From: Gammaproteobacteria bacterium
Lineage (GTDB): Bacteria > Pseudomonadota > Gammaproteobacteria > GCA-001735895
Assembly: GCA_050298595.1 (NCBI GenBank)
Contig: JBNKUM010000021.1
Location: 1 to 52,971 of the forward strand
Length of the DNA: 52,971 bases
Direction of reading: 5' to 3'
Positions 1-9,528 of the stretch are shown piece after piece. Below the pieces are notes generated by a model. The model worked only from the letters and a program-made list of their open reading frames with translations, had not been told where the DNA came from and did not search any database. Each line of letters opens with the position of its first letter. Position 1 is the first letter of the stretch. Made by a program: the position numbers and the translations under genes.

Positions 1-43
1 GAGCGCGACCGACTATTGACCGAAGTATGAAGAGGATATAACA

Positions 44-1387
44 ATGAAGAGTACAACTGACCTCAATATGGTCAACGCCTATATTCCCGGCAGAGCCAAC
101 GTAGACCCTGCAACTGCCGCCATGATTAAGCGACGTGACGCGTTGCTTGGCCCGGCTTATCGCCTGATGTACGAGCATCCGCTGCACATTGTCCGCGGCG
201 AAGGTGTATGGTTGATCGATCCGGAAGGCCGCCGCTATCTCGACATTTACAATAATGTCGCGTCGCTGGGGCACTGCCATCCAGCGGTCACAGAGGCGAT
301 TTGTACACAAGTAAAAACTTTAGCCACCAACACTCGCTATCTGCACGACACCATTCTGGAGCTGGCTGAACGCATGCTCGCAACCGTACCAGAAACGGAT
401 CTGGCGCACCTCATGCTAACCTGTACCGGCAGTGAGGCGAACGACGTTGCCTACCGTATTGCACAGGTTCGAACCGGTGGCACAGGCGTTATCGTAACCG
501 AAACTGCCTATCACGGTTTTACCGATGCGGTAGCGAAATTTTCGCCATCGCTCGGTCCCACTGTTGATCTCGGCGCTCACGTTCGCCTGGTTCCGGCACC
601 GCGTCAATATCATGCCGATGGTGCCGACCTGGCCGAGAGTTTTACGCGCGATGTTGAAGCAGCTATTGCCGATCTCAAGCGCCACGGTATTAAGCCTGCG
701 ATGCTTCTGGTCGACTCAGTCTTTACCAGTGATGGCATCCTGCCGGAGCCCGCTGGCTTTTTGAAGGGCGCGGTCGAGGCTATCAAGCGCGCCGGTGGCC
801 TGTTCATTGCTGACGAGGTGCAACCTGGCTTCGGGCGTACAGGTGAACATATGTGGGGCTTTCAGCGTCACGGTCTTAAGCCGGACATTGTTACCGTGGG
901 CAAACCCATGGGCAATGGCCAGCCAATTGCAGGCCTGATGGCAACCAACGACGCGGTGGCGGAGTTCGGGCAGAATTCACGCTATTTCAATACCTTTGCC
1001 GGCAATACCGTTTCCTGTGCGGCAGCTGTGGCAGTACTGAATACCATTGAAAAAGAAGGCCTGATTCAGCATGCGGCCAATGTGGGCAAGATCCTGCGCG
1101 ACGGTATCACTGGTCTTGCCGAACGGCATGAAGCCATTGGTGATGTACGCGGCGTAGGTATGTTTGTTGGTGTAGAGCTGGTATCTGATCGCGCAACACG
1201 CGCACATGATCGCGAGTTCACCAGCCGTGTAGTCAATCGCATGCGTGAAAAAGGCGTTTTGCTGAGTGCCTGTGCTATTGGCCACAATGTACTCAAGATT
1301 CGTCCGCCACTGGTGTTGTCCGCCGAACAGGCTGGCATGGTGATAGAGACTCTCGATGAGGCGCTAACGTTCGCACAAACTAAATAG
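44..1387 (+). CDS. Class III PLP-dependent aminotransferase (AGXT2L/phospho-lyase-like subgroup)
   Basis: YLDIYNNVASLGHCHP, TGSEAND, DEVQPGFGRTG and TVGKPMGNG (PLP lysine) motifs; GAGGA RBS upstream. Confidence 0.9.
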   Translation: MKSTTDLNMVNAYIPGRANVDPATAAMIKRRDALLGPAYRLMYEHPLHIVRGEGVWLIDPEGRRYLDIYNNVASLGHCHPAVTEAICTQVKTLATNTRYLHDTILELAERMLATVPETDLAHLMLTCTGSEANDVAYRIAQVRTGGTGVIVTETAYHGFTDAVAKFSPSLGPTVDLGAHVRLVPAPRQYHADGADLAESFTRDVEAAIADLKRHGIKPAMLLVDSVFTSDGILPEPAGFLKGAVEAIKRAGGLFIADEVQPGFGRTGEHMWGFQRHGLKPDIVTVGKPMGNGQPIAGLMATNDAVAEFGQNSRYFNTFAGNTVSCAAAVAVLNTIEKEGLIQHAANVGKILRDGITGLAERHEAIGDVRGVGMFVGVELVSDRATRAHDREFTSRVVNRMREKGVLLSACAIGHNVLKIRPPLVLSAEQAGMVIETLDEALTFAQTK

Positions 1388-1404
1388 CCTGGAAAATAAC
1401 GGGA

Positions 1405-2400
1405 ATGATGATGCAAAAGACAGCAGTGACCTTCGATGATATAAAAAAAGCAGCAGAGCGTATCCAGTCGTATATACGTCATACGCCGCTTTTACGCGAA
1501 AGCAAAATGGACAGGGCACTGGGCTGCCAGGTCTATGTGAAACCCGAAATGCTTCAGATTACCGGGGCATTCAAGCTGAGAGGGGCGCTAAGTAAGATTC
1601 TCTCTCTGTCGAAAGAGGAGCTGAGCCGGGGGATTATCACCAGTTCGTCCGGTAACCATGGTCAGGCTTTAGCCTATGCAGGGCAGGTACTGGGTATTCC
1701 AGCGACGGTCATCGTGCCAGAAGATACCCCGGCGGTTAAGGTCGAAAATGCTCGCTCAATGGGTGCTAATGTCATTTTATGGGATCGCAGCTACACCGAA
1801 CGCTGGAACAAAGTGCATGCCGAGGTAGAAGCCCATGGCTACACCATCGTTCACAACTACGAAGACTTTGATGTGATGGCAGGGCAAGGCACCATCGCCC
1901 TCGAAGTGATGGAGGATCTTCCCGATGTGGATACCATTCTGGTACCGATAGGCGGCGGTGGTCTGATTTCAGGCATTTCTACTGCCATAAAACAATCCAA
2001 CCCCCATATTAGAGTGGTGGGTGTTCAGGCCGAAGCCTGTTGCCCCTACTATATGAGCCGAAAAAACGGTGAGCGCACCCGGGTAACGGTTAAGCAAACT
2101 CTGGCCGATGGGCTGGCCTGTGACTGGCCGGGTAATAATCCCTACCCGATTATCGAAAAGTATGTAGACGAGATTGTCGCCGTTTCTGAGGAAGCGATTG
2201 AAGATGCATTACGCATGGTCGCCAACGATGCAAAACTGATTGCCGAGCCTTCCTCCTGTGTGGGTATTGCTGCTTTACAGACTGGCCTGGTGAAGACTCG
2301 CCCAGATGAAAAGGTTTGTGTCGTGCTGACTTCTGGCAACTGGGATATAGACCGTATTGGCAGCCTGCTAAAGGGCGAGCACGTACAGGGCATTTTCTAA
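1405..2400 (+). CDS. Threonine/serine dehydratase family PLP enzyme (IlvA/TdcB/EutB-like, no ACT domain)
   Basis: KPEMLQITGAFKLRGA, SSGNHGQ, PIGGGGLISG, TSGN motifs. Confidence 0.9.
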   Translation: MMMQKTAVTFDDIKKAAERIQSYIRHTPLLRESKMDRALGCQVYVKPEMLQITGAFKLRGALSKILSLSKEELSRGIITSSSGNHGQALAYAGQVLGIPATVIVPEDTPAVKVENARSMGANVILWDRSYTERWNKVHAEVEAHGYTIVHNYEDFDVMAGQGTIALEVMEDLPDVDTILVPIGGGGLISGISTAIKQSNPHIRVVGVQAEACCPYYMSRKNGERTRVTVKQTLADGLACDWPGNNPYPIIEKYVDEIVAVSEEAIEDALRMVANDAKLIAEPSSCVGIAALQTGLVKTRPDEKVCVVLTSGNWDIDRIGSLLKGEHVQGIF

Positions 2401-2425
2401 GCGGCGGCAAAACAGGAGACAGAAT

Positions 2426-3421
2426 ATGCAAACACTACTGTTAAATAAGGATGAAGTGGGCGAGCTCATCGACCTGGATGAAGTATTAACAGCCGTTGAA
2501 AGCGGCTACCGCGCATTTAACAGTGGCAAGGTAGTTCAGCCTGATTTTATGGGGGTGGAATTGCCGGATTCACGGGCCTGCATCGATTTTAAGGGCGGAC
2601 TGGACCTGGACGGAGGTTATATCTCGTTAAAGTCTTCCGCTGGTGGATACAAAGGTAATCCCGCCTTAGGTTTGCCCACGGGTATGAATACGGTGATGTT
2701 GTTTGAGGCCCATACCGGAGCGCTTAAGTGTGTAATGGATGGCACCTGGATTACGGGCTGTCGTACCGCAGCAGCGGGAGCCATATCGGTCAAATACCTG
2801 GCACGCGAGGATGCCAAAACTCTGTGTATCATGGGGGCGGGAAATCAGGCGCGCAGGCAGCTGCGGGCCATCATCCGGGTAAGAGATTTTACCAGGGTGC
2901 TGGTGTGGAATGCCTCATCGGAAGCCCTGCATAGCTATGTGAGTGAAATGTCGGCTGAAACCGGGCTTGATATTCAGGCCTGTGAGAGCGCGGAAGAAGC
3001 TGTGCGTGCCGCCGATGTGGTGGTAACTACGACGCGTGCTTACCGTGGCCCCATTGTGCAAAAAGCCTGGGTGCAACCAGGTACCCATATTGTGGCTATA
3101 GGCTCTGATATGCAGGGTAAGCAGGAGCTGAGTGCAGACCTGTTTAAAGATGCAAAAGTAGTGAACGACTCGGTTGAGCTTTGCATTAAATACGGTGATA
3201 CCCAGCACGCAGTGGGGCAGGGCATCATTAGACCTGAGGATATTCATGCCGAAATTGGCGAAGTATTGCTGGGCACAAAGGCTGGTCGTGAAAACGCACA
3301 AGAGATAACCTTGTTTGACTCGGTTGGCATGGCAATTCAAGACACCGTTACTGTAGCCATGCTGTATAAGGCGGCGTTGAAAAAAGGGTTGGGCAGCTAC
3401 TACGAGTTTTTCAAATCATAA
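2426..3421 (+). CDS. Ornithine cyclodeaminase/mu-crystallin family protein
   Basis: MDGTWITGCRTAAAG, GAGNQA, AIGSD, LFDSVGMAIQD motifs; AGGAG RBS. Confidence 0.9.
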   Translation: MQTLLLNKDEVGELIDLDEVLTAVESGYRAFNSGKVVQPDFMGVELPDSRACIDFKGGLDLDGGYISLKSSAGGYKGNPALGLPTGMNTVMLFEAHTGALKCVMDGTWITGCRTAAAGAISVKYLAREDAKTLCIMGAGNQARRQLRAIIRVRDFTRVLVWNASSEALHSYVSEMSAETGLDIQACESAEEAVRAADVVVTTTRAYRGPIVQKAWVQPGTHIVAIGSDMQGKQELSADLFKDAKVVNDSVELCIKYGDTQHAVGQGIIRPEDIHAEIGEVLLGTKAGRENAQEITLFDSVGMAIQDTVTVAMLYKAALKKGLGSYYEFFKS

Positions 3422-3430
3422 GATTCTACG

Positions 3431-3826
3431 GAGCCTGTAAATAATTCTGCGTAACCGCTTCGGTTAAATATAGTCAGTTAAACGCTCTTAAAATTCACTC
3501 ATAACCGGTTGATCGCCATCTTCCAGTTTCTGATGGGCATCGCCCATTTTTTGGAAGTCTGCTGAACGGCCGGATAAATCACCTTTTTAACAGGGTCGTC
3601 TGTCGCAAACAGGTTTAGCTTTTAGATCACTTTATGGATGACACTGTTAAGTGATTCAATGACATTCGTGGAATAAATTACCCGACGGATTTCTTCAGGA
3701 GAATTGAACAAGGTGTTCAGGTTCGGCTAGCAGGCTTTCCAGCAACGTCTGATCTAGGGTATTTGCTGTCCCATCGTTGAGCAATTTGATCCAGTGCCAG
3801 CAATGCTTCTTCTTCGGTCACGGACT
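3431..3826 (-). mobile_element. IS256-family transposase 3' remnant with right end
   Basis: Minus strand reads QSVTEEEALLALDQ...RVIYSTNVIESLNSVIHKVI*KLNLFATDDPVKKVIY...KKWAMPIRNWK with stops/frameshifts; end GAGCCTGTAAATAATTCTGCGTAA at 3431. Confidence 0.85.
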
Positions 3827-3985
3827 GGTATTGTTAACTTAAGGGGATATCATTCAAACTAAAGTCCTGAATCAGGAAAATCGACAGTAGACGGATATCG
3901 CTTTCCTCCCGAAATCATCAGTCATGCAGTTTGGCTCTATCATCGATTTAATCTGAGCTTTCGCGTTGTTGAGGATCTCCTGTGA
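3827..3985 (+). mobile_element. IS6-family left end and 5' transposase fragment
   Basis: GYRFPPEIISHAVWLYHRFNLSFRVVEDLL* at 3893-3985; IR-like GGTATTGTTAACTTAAG at 3827, where IS256 homology stops. Confidence 0.8.
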
Positions 3986-4009
3986 AGATATAACGATTCT
4001 TATCAATAT

Positions 4010-4045
4010 ACTAAGGCCTGCTAATACGTGTTAACAGGTCTTAGT
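4010..4045. repeat. Short imperfect palindrome, possible IS5-type end relic or terminator
   Basis: ACTAAGGCCTGCTAA-tacgtg-TTAACAGGTCTTAGT. Confidence 0.4.
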
Positions 4046-4172
4046 GAAAAACAAATGATTATGTGTATTTGCAGCCGCTAACCATAAACTACCTGCAAAT
4101 TTAAGGAGGTTTTAGTCATCTACATTACTCGATGGCAGGGTTGGGTGGCTGGGTAATGCTTTGTTTAAGGAT

Positions 4173-5156
4173 CTAGCGATTAACATCCACGATAACACGA
4201 CCACGAATCTTACCATCCAGTAACTGCTCCGCCGCATCGATAGTATCGGATAGCTTGATGTCGTGAGCAATAGCATCCAGTTTTGAAATATCCAGGTCTT
4301 CCCCCAGGCGACGCCATGCTTCGAGGCGAGTTTCAAGTGGGCACATGACAGATTCAACACCTGCAAGGGTAACGCCACGTAGGATGAAAGGTGCTACGGT
4401 AGCAGGTAAGTCCATACCGCCAGCCAGTCCGCAGGCAGTGACTACGCCGTTGTAGCGGGTGGCAGCGATAGCGTTAGTTAGGACATGACTACCGACTACA
4501 TCGACTACTCCGGCCCAACGCTCTCTGGCTAATGGTCTTCCAGCTTCTGAGTATTCAGAACGTGACATAATCTCTATCGCGCCTAATGATTTGACATAGT
4601 CAGCTTCTTCGCTACGCCCTGTCATTGCGATAACCTGATAGCCAAGTTTAGCCAGTACTGCAACGGCTACACTGCCTACACCGCCAGTAGCTCCAGTGAC
4701 CAGAATTTCACCACTATCAGGTGTAACCCCATGTTTTTCCAGAGCCATGACACATAACATGGCAGTATAGCCTGCAGTGCCAATCGCCATAGCCTGTTTG
4801 GTGGTGAAATTAGCAGGCAAAGGAACAAGCCATTCGGCTTTGAGATTGGCTTTCTGTGCAAGGCCTCCATTATGCGACTCTCCAACACCCCAGCCATTAA
4901 GAACTACTGCGTCGCCTGGATTGTAATCTGGGTGGTTGCTATGCTCTACGGTACCAGCGAGATCGATACCTGGTATCAGGGGAAACTGACGGATAATGGG
5001 TGATTTACCTGTTATTGCGAGAGCGTCTTTGTAATTCAGAGTGGAGTATTCGACATTGATACTTACACCATTATCGGCAAGTTGAGACTCTTCGATATCA
5101 CTAAGTTCGGCGCGGTATCCAGCGTCGTCTTTATTAATAAGTATGCCTTTAAACAT
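4173..5156 (-). CDS. acuI: Acrylyl-CoA reductase (MDR family, YhdH/AcuI)
   Basis: YSTLNYKDALAI, PGIDLAG, IGTAGYTAMLCV, TGATGGVGS, VAPFILRGVTL; overlaps upstream TetR gene. Confidence 0.85.
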   Translation of the reverse strand: MFKGILINKDDAGYRAELSDIEESQLADNGVSINVEYSTLNYKDALAITGKSPIIRQFPLIPGIDLAGTVEHSNHPDYNPGDAVVLNGWGVGESHNGGLAQKANLKAEWLVPLPANFTTKQAMAIGTAGYTAMLCVMALEKHGVTPDSGEILVTGATGGVGSVAVAVLAKLGYQVIAMTGRSEEADYVKSLGAIEIMSRSEYSEAGRPLARERWAGVVDVVGSHVLTNAIAATRYNGVVTACGLAGGMDLPATVAPFILRGVTLAGVESVMCPLETRLEAWRRLGEDLDISKLDAIAHDIKLSDTIDAAEQLLDGKIRGRVIVDVNR

Positions 5157-5814
5157 GGTTAGTATCCTCTATGTTATATTTTCTAGTTAATGCGTTGAAA
5201 TAAAAATCGCTGAAAGCCTGTAAAGCATCAGCATTGAGTTCGAGTTTGGCGCGTAATACTGCGCCTTCCCAGCCAATCCAGAATATTTCGCTAAGCATTC
5301 TACAGTCGCTGTTGTCGGGAATTTGTTTTGCAGCTTTAGCCTCAAGCAGGCAGTGTTCCAGCTTTTGCTCCCAGCGTTGAAATACATCCTTAATCTGAGC
5401 CCTGAAATGATCGGGTAGCGTTCCCATTTCCTGTCCCAGGTTTCCGATCAGGCAGCCACGCTTGAATTGATGGCGCGCCATACCTGCTTCAGCATCTCTG
5501 GTAAACGCCTGTATGCGTTGTAATGGGGGTAATGCCTCATCCAGAAAAAAGCGATCAAGCTTGTGCGCGAAGTAGGTATCGTATTGAGTAATCAGGGCAC
5601 AGCCAAAGTCATCTTTGCTTTTGAAGTAATGATAGAAAGAGCCTTTAGGTACGCTGACACGCTTGAGAATTTCATCCAGACCGGTGGATGAAAACCCTTT
5701 TTCAGTGAGCAGCTCGATACCCGCCCGTAACAAAGAGGCTCGTGTTTCATTATGAAGGCCTGCGTCGGCAGGTGGACGTCCGCGGCGGCGGGTGATGGGT
5801 ACAGATGCGGTCAT
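5149..5814 (-). CDS. acuR: TetR-family (NemR-like) acrylate-utilisation regulator
   Basis: HTH VPKGSFYHYF, GCLIGNLGQE, IFWIGWEGAVLRAKL; N-terminal RRRGRPP; directly upstream of acuI. Confidence 0.8.
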   Translation of the reverse strand: MTASVPITRRRGRPPADAGLHNETRASLLRAGIELLTEKGFSSTGLDEILKRVSVPKGSFYHYFKSKDDFGCALITQYDTYFAHKLDRFFLDEALPPLQRIQAFTRDAEAGMARHQFKRGCLIGNLGQEMGTLPDHFRAQIKDVFQRWEQKLEHCLLEAKAAKQIPDNSDCRMLSEIFWIGWEGAVLRAKLELNADALQAFSDFYFNALTRKYNIEDTNHV

Positions 5815-5850
5815 GGGATAATATTAGACCGATCGTCTAATAAAAGTAAA
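5815..5850 (-). promoter_or_regulatory. acuR promoter with palindromic operator; probable leaderless transcript
   Basis: TATTAGAC-N5-GTCTAATA (5822-5842); minus strand TTTACT-N18-TAATAT, then 6 nt to ATG; no SD. Confidence 0.7.
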
Positions 5851-5917
5851 TAAAAAATTCAGTATTGGTTTAATTTCTTTGAATGTAATTTACTGTGGTC
5901 TGTCACATCAGAATTCA

Positions 5918-5956
5918 GTAGTTTGTATGGGGGCTTTTGATTCCCATACAAACTAC
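5918..5956. repeat. Perfect 14-bp inverted repeat (terminator-like or GTAG-tagged REP-like)
   Basis: GTAGTTTGTATGGG-N11-CCCATACAAACTAC downstream of the 5994 gene. Confidence 0.6.
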
Positions 5957-5993
5957 CTGGCTAATACGCTACCTACCCCAGGCATCAGGGGGG

Positions 5994-6560
5994 TTACTGG
6001 CCTAACATGCCTCTTTTAAGGCCTTTATCAGCGGGATAATTTCCCAGCCATATTTCAAGCAGGGCAGTTTTGAAATCTTCGCCTTCAATGCGGCCCAGAG
6101 CGACTTTATTTTTGCTGATCAGGCAGCCTTCGCCTGGAATGTAGTCGATGATGTACTGGTCACCTTTTTTTGCACTTTCTTCGAATAGTTGATTAAAGCG
6201 ACTGACCCGGTCTGCAATGGATTTCAGGGTTTCTTCGGACTGATTTTTTTCAAAGCCTTCGTTCCAGGCGTCGATAAGTTTACTGCTGGAGATTTCATTG
6301 TAGATAATATCCATCTGGATCCGGAAAGCGCCAGGCTGCGATAAAACATCTGCAACGGTTTTTACCTTTGCTGGAAGATACAAAGAGCCGACGTATACAT
6401 CAATCCACAGCTTTTCGCGTAATCCCATACCATTCAGCTGCAGAGTGTTTCCATTACTTAGTGTGATGTTATCTGGAACTGAAATACCTGCCAGTTCCGA
6501 AGCATGTATTGAAGTAATGAATGTACTTAATAAGATTAAAATGCCTAGCTTTTTGATCAT
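5994..6560 (-). CDS. Chalcone-isomerase-like periplasmic protein
   Basis: Signal peptide; LQLNGMGLREKLWIDVYVGSLYL and LLEIWLG...LKRGMLG motifs. Confidence 0.85.
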   Translation of the reverse strand: MIKKLGILILLSTFITSIHASELAGISVPDNITLSNGNTLQLNGMGLREKLWIDVYVGSLYLPAKVKTVADVLSQPGAFRIQMDIIYNEISSSKLIDAWNEGFEKNQSEETLKSIADRVSRFNQLFEESAKKGDQYIIDYIPGEGCLISKNKVALGRIEGEDFKTALLEIWLGNYPADKGLKRGMLGQ

Positions 6561-6917
6561 TTATACTACACCTTTTGTTTTTTTGACTTCATCCATATCA
6601 AGCGCGTTGATTTTATCAATCAGTTCACCAATCGCTTTTTCAGGGATGCTGCCTGGTTGGGAATATACCAGCATGGCTTCTCTAAAAACCATGATGGTGG
6701 GGATGGAGCGAATTCTAAAATGCGCTGCAATTTCTTTTTCTTCTTCCGTGTTTACCTTGGCAAAAATGATGTCATTGTATTTTTTAGAAGCTGCTTCAAA
6801 GATAGGGGCAAACTGTCGACAAGGGGCGCACCAGGGGGCCCAGAAATCAAAAATGACAATGTTATTCTCTTCAACCAGCGCCTCAATTGTTTCTCTTGTT
6901 GCGACCACAACTGTCAC
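6561..6917 (-). CDS. Thioredoxin
   Basis: DFWAPWCAPCR and IRSIPT; GTG start with GGAG RBS. Confidence 0.9.
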   Translation of the reverse strand: MTVVVATRETIEALVEENNIVIFDFWAPWCAPCRQFAPIFEAASKKYNDIIFAKVNTEEEKEIAAHFRIRSIPTIMVFREAMLVYSQPGSIPEKAIGELIDKINALDMDEVKKTKGVV

Positions 6918-7018
6918 GTGTTACTCCAGTATGCATAAAATATAGTGAGTGGATTATAGCCGATGACAGTTCGTACTGTAACGCATAAACTGTGAAATAC
7001 GGTCAAGTTGAGGATTAA

Positions 7019-7609
7019 TTACCTGCTTTCTGGTTTAACGTACTGGATGACGCCAAGGCGTATGAGTTCGGCATGTAAAATGACAGCGCGCTCCATGCAA
7101 TCAGGGACTTCGAGTAGTTGTTGTTTGAGCGTGTTTTCCAGCGGTAACAGATAAATGAGCTGATAGATGATGGTATTGAAATCATCTGCTTCAGGTGTGA
7201 GAAATTGAGATGAGGTGACATGCTTGAGCAGTTCAAACATGTAGTAGTACTGGTCTGGAATGTGTTCGATGACTTCTTCATGCAGGATCTCAACCTCGGC
7301 AATGAGCAGGCCGCCAGGGAGGCTGCGCGTAGCATTGATTCTGAAGCGTTGCATCCCTTCTACCGTGATGCCCAATAATCCATCCGCACGATTTTGAAAA
7401 TCGATGATGGTAGCGGTGGTGCCGGTGGTAAAGATCTCAATATCACTGACGCTTTCTTCACCCTGAAAAATCAGTACTACGCCAAATGGTTTATGGTCAC
7501 GCATACAGTTTGCGATCATATCGGTGTAACGGGGTTCGAAAATTTTCAGGGGTAATTTATTGCCAGGAAGCAATACGGTTTTTAGTGGAAATAATGACAG
7601 TTCTATCAA
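7019..7609 (-). CDS. LON peptidase N-terminal (substrate-binding) domain protein
   Basis: LFPLKTVLLPG..LPLKIFEPRY..M, FGVVLI, KQQLLE. Confidence 0.85.
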   Translation of the reverse strand: MIELSLFPLKTVLLPGNKLPLKIFEPRYTDMIANCMRDHKPFGVVLIFQGEESVSDIEIFTTGTTATIIDFQNRADGLLGITVEGMQRFRINATRSLPGGLLIAEVEILHEEVIEHIPDQYYYMFELLKHVTSSQFLTPEADDFNTIIYQLIYLLPLENTLKQQLLEVPDCMERAVILHAELIRLGVIQYVKPESR

Positions 7610-7611
7610 TG

Positions 7612-8223
7612 CTATGACTCGCTGTGATTGGCCCAGCGTGGCGAAAGCTGGTTCTCTATATGCAATTGATCAAGTATGCGGCTAACGACAAAATCTAGCA
7701 GATCATCCACGCTGTTTACACCCTGATAAAATCCCGGGCTGGGTGGCAGTATGACTGCACCCAGATTCGATAGTTTGAGCATATTCTCCAGATGGATGCT
7801 GGACAAGGGTGTTTCGCGTGGTACCAGAATGAGTTTGCGGCGTTCCTTGAGTATGACGTCTGCTGCTCGATGAATCAGGTTGTTGCTTAATCCATAGGCT
7901 ATCGCCGCCAGACTACCCATGGAACAGGGGCACACTACCATGGCGTCAGATACTGATGATCCACTGGCGACTGGTGCGGTCCATTGATCTTTTCCATACA
8001 CCTGCATCTGTTCAGGGTCACAGCTGAAATATTCGCAGAGTTGCGTCTGCATTTGTTGTGGTTTCGGTTGTAGCTTGAGATCAGTTTCCATCGCCATCAC
8101 AACCTGTCCTGGTTGCGAACAGATAAACTGAATTTGCACGCCGCATTTAAGCAACTCCTGCATCAGGCGTATGGTATAGGGCGCACCGGTTGCACCGGTC
8201 ATCGCCAGGGTGATTTTATTCAT
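7612..8223 (-). CDS. ubiX: Flavin prenyltransferase
   Basis: MTGATGA, APVASGS, PCSMGSL, RAADVILKERRKLILVPRETP, PGFY. Confidence 0.95.
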   Translation of the reverse strand: MNKITLAMTGATGAPYTIRLMQELLKCGVQIQFICSQPGQVVMAMETDLKLQPKPQQMQTQLCEYFSCDPEQMQVYGKDQWTAPVASGSSVSDAMVVCPCSMGSLAAIAYGLSNNLIHRAADVILKERRKLILVPRETPLSSIHLENMLKLSNLGAVILPPSPGFYQGVNSVDDLLDFVVSRILDQLHIENQLSPRWANHSES

Positions 8224-9527
8224 GGTTTAAACTTGGATTTTTCATGCTCGGCGAGTTTCAGGTTGGCATTGGATAAACGGGTGATCAGGTTCTCCAGAAA
8301 CACCCGGTAGTATCTTAACTGAGTTTCCACCGTCGCTTTATCCAGCAGTGATCCACTCACCATCATTAATGATACATCGGTTCTTGCAAATATCGATGCC
8401 TGCCTGGGTTCTTTAGTGATGAAAGCAATTTCTCCAAAACAGTCACCCTGATGCATGGTGCCAATCACGACACGATCTTTTCTTACTTCTACACCGCCTT
8501 TGGTGATGATGTAAAAGGCAGTTTCTAACTCGCCTTCTGAAAGAATAAGCTCGCCTTTCTTAAAGTCCAGCCATTCACTGGCATCCACGACTTCGGTAAT
8601 CTGTTCATCGTTGAAGTCCTTGAAAAATTTCAGATAACGCAGGGTCGTCCATTTTTCCTGCATGTCGATACGTTCACCGATTCCGCGTAAGCGACCAAAG
8701 GCTTTAGAGAGTTCAGTAGCCAGATGCGCCGCGGTATCGTAGCGATCATAGATGATTTTACTCAGGCATTTTTCAGCGATATCAACTACCTGCTGGGGCA
8801 GATCAGGACGAATCAGTTTAAGTGGGTCAGGGTCAATATTAGTAATCTGATAAATCAGAGATTCCAGGCTGTTGGCCTTGAATAAGGGGCGTCGTGCCAG
8901 TAGCGCATACATGACTGCACCCAGAGAGTAGATATCGGATTGTTCAACCAGTCTTTTTTCAGGGGTAAGTTGTTCGGGGGGCAGGTACATTGGGCTTCCC
9001 TGGACCGATGTAGGTGCTGATACACCAAAATCAAAATGCGCGATACTGAAGTCCATGATCTTAACCTCGCCATCAGCGCTGAGCATGATGTTGCCGGGTT
9101 TCAGGTCGCGATGGATAACCCCCTGGCGGTGAACATAATCCAGTCCCTTGGCGCATTGATACATCACATCAATCACCTGGTTGGTGGTCAGGGAGCGATC
9201 ACCTGTGACGTATTCCTGCAGGGTAACACCATCGACGTATTCCATCACGATGTAATTCCAGTCATCCTGTTGGCCGGCATCGTACACGGCAACCACAGCT
9301 GGATGGTGCATGCGCCCAGCCGAATAAACTTCGGCAAAAAAATTCTCGCTATTTTTCTGCGCCTGTTGCGGGTTATCCTCATCGTTTAGATGTGCAACCT
9401 TGATCGCGACTGGGCGTTGAACAAAAGGGTCGTAAGCTTCATACACTACTCCCATAGAACCCTTGCCGATGGTTCTTTTGATTTCATACTTGGATATTTT
9501 CGCCGGTTTGGGTGTTGTTTTTGCCAT
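8220..9527 (-). CDS. Hanks-type Ser/Thr kinase with C-terminal cyclic-nucleotide-binding domain
   Basis: GKGSMGVVY, VAIK, HRDLKPGN, DFS, GSPMYLPPE, SDIYSLG; C-terminal GDCFGEIAFITKEPRQAS. Confidence 0.9.
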   Translation of the reverse strand: MAKTTPKPAKISKYEIKRTIGKGSMGVVYEAYDPFVQRPVAIKVAHLNDEDNPQQAQKNSENFFAEVYSAGRMHHPAVVAVYDAGQQDDWNYIVMEYVDGVTLQEYVTGDRSLTTNQVIDVMYQCAKGLDYVHRQGVIHRDLKPGNIMLSADGEVKIMDFSIAHFDFGVSAPTSVQGSPMYLPPEQLTPEKRLVEQSDIYSLGAVMYALLARRPLFKANSLESLIYQITNIDPDPLKLIRPDLPQQVVDIAEKCLSKIIYDRYDTAAHLATELSKAFGRLRGIGERIDMQEKWTTLRYLKFFKDFNDEQITEVVDASEWLDFKKGELILSEGELETAFYIITKGGVEVRKDRVVIGTMHQGDCFGEIAFITKEPRQASIFARTDVSLMMVSGSLLDKATVETQLRYYRVFLENLITRLSNANLKLAEHEKSKFKP

Positions 9528-9528
9528 C

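Noticed and set aside
8220-9527. Kinase-cNMP protein as a Pycsar/CBASS defence effector
   Set aside because: No cyclase or nucleotidyltransferase nearby; embedded in a housekeeping operon
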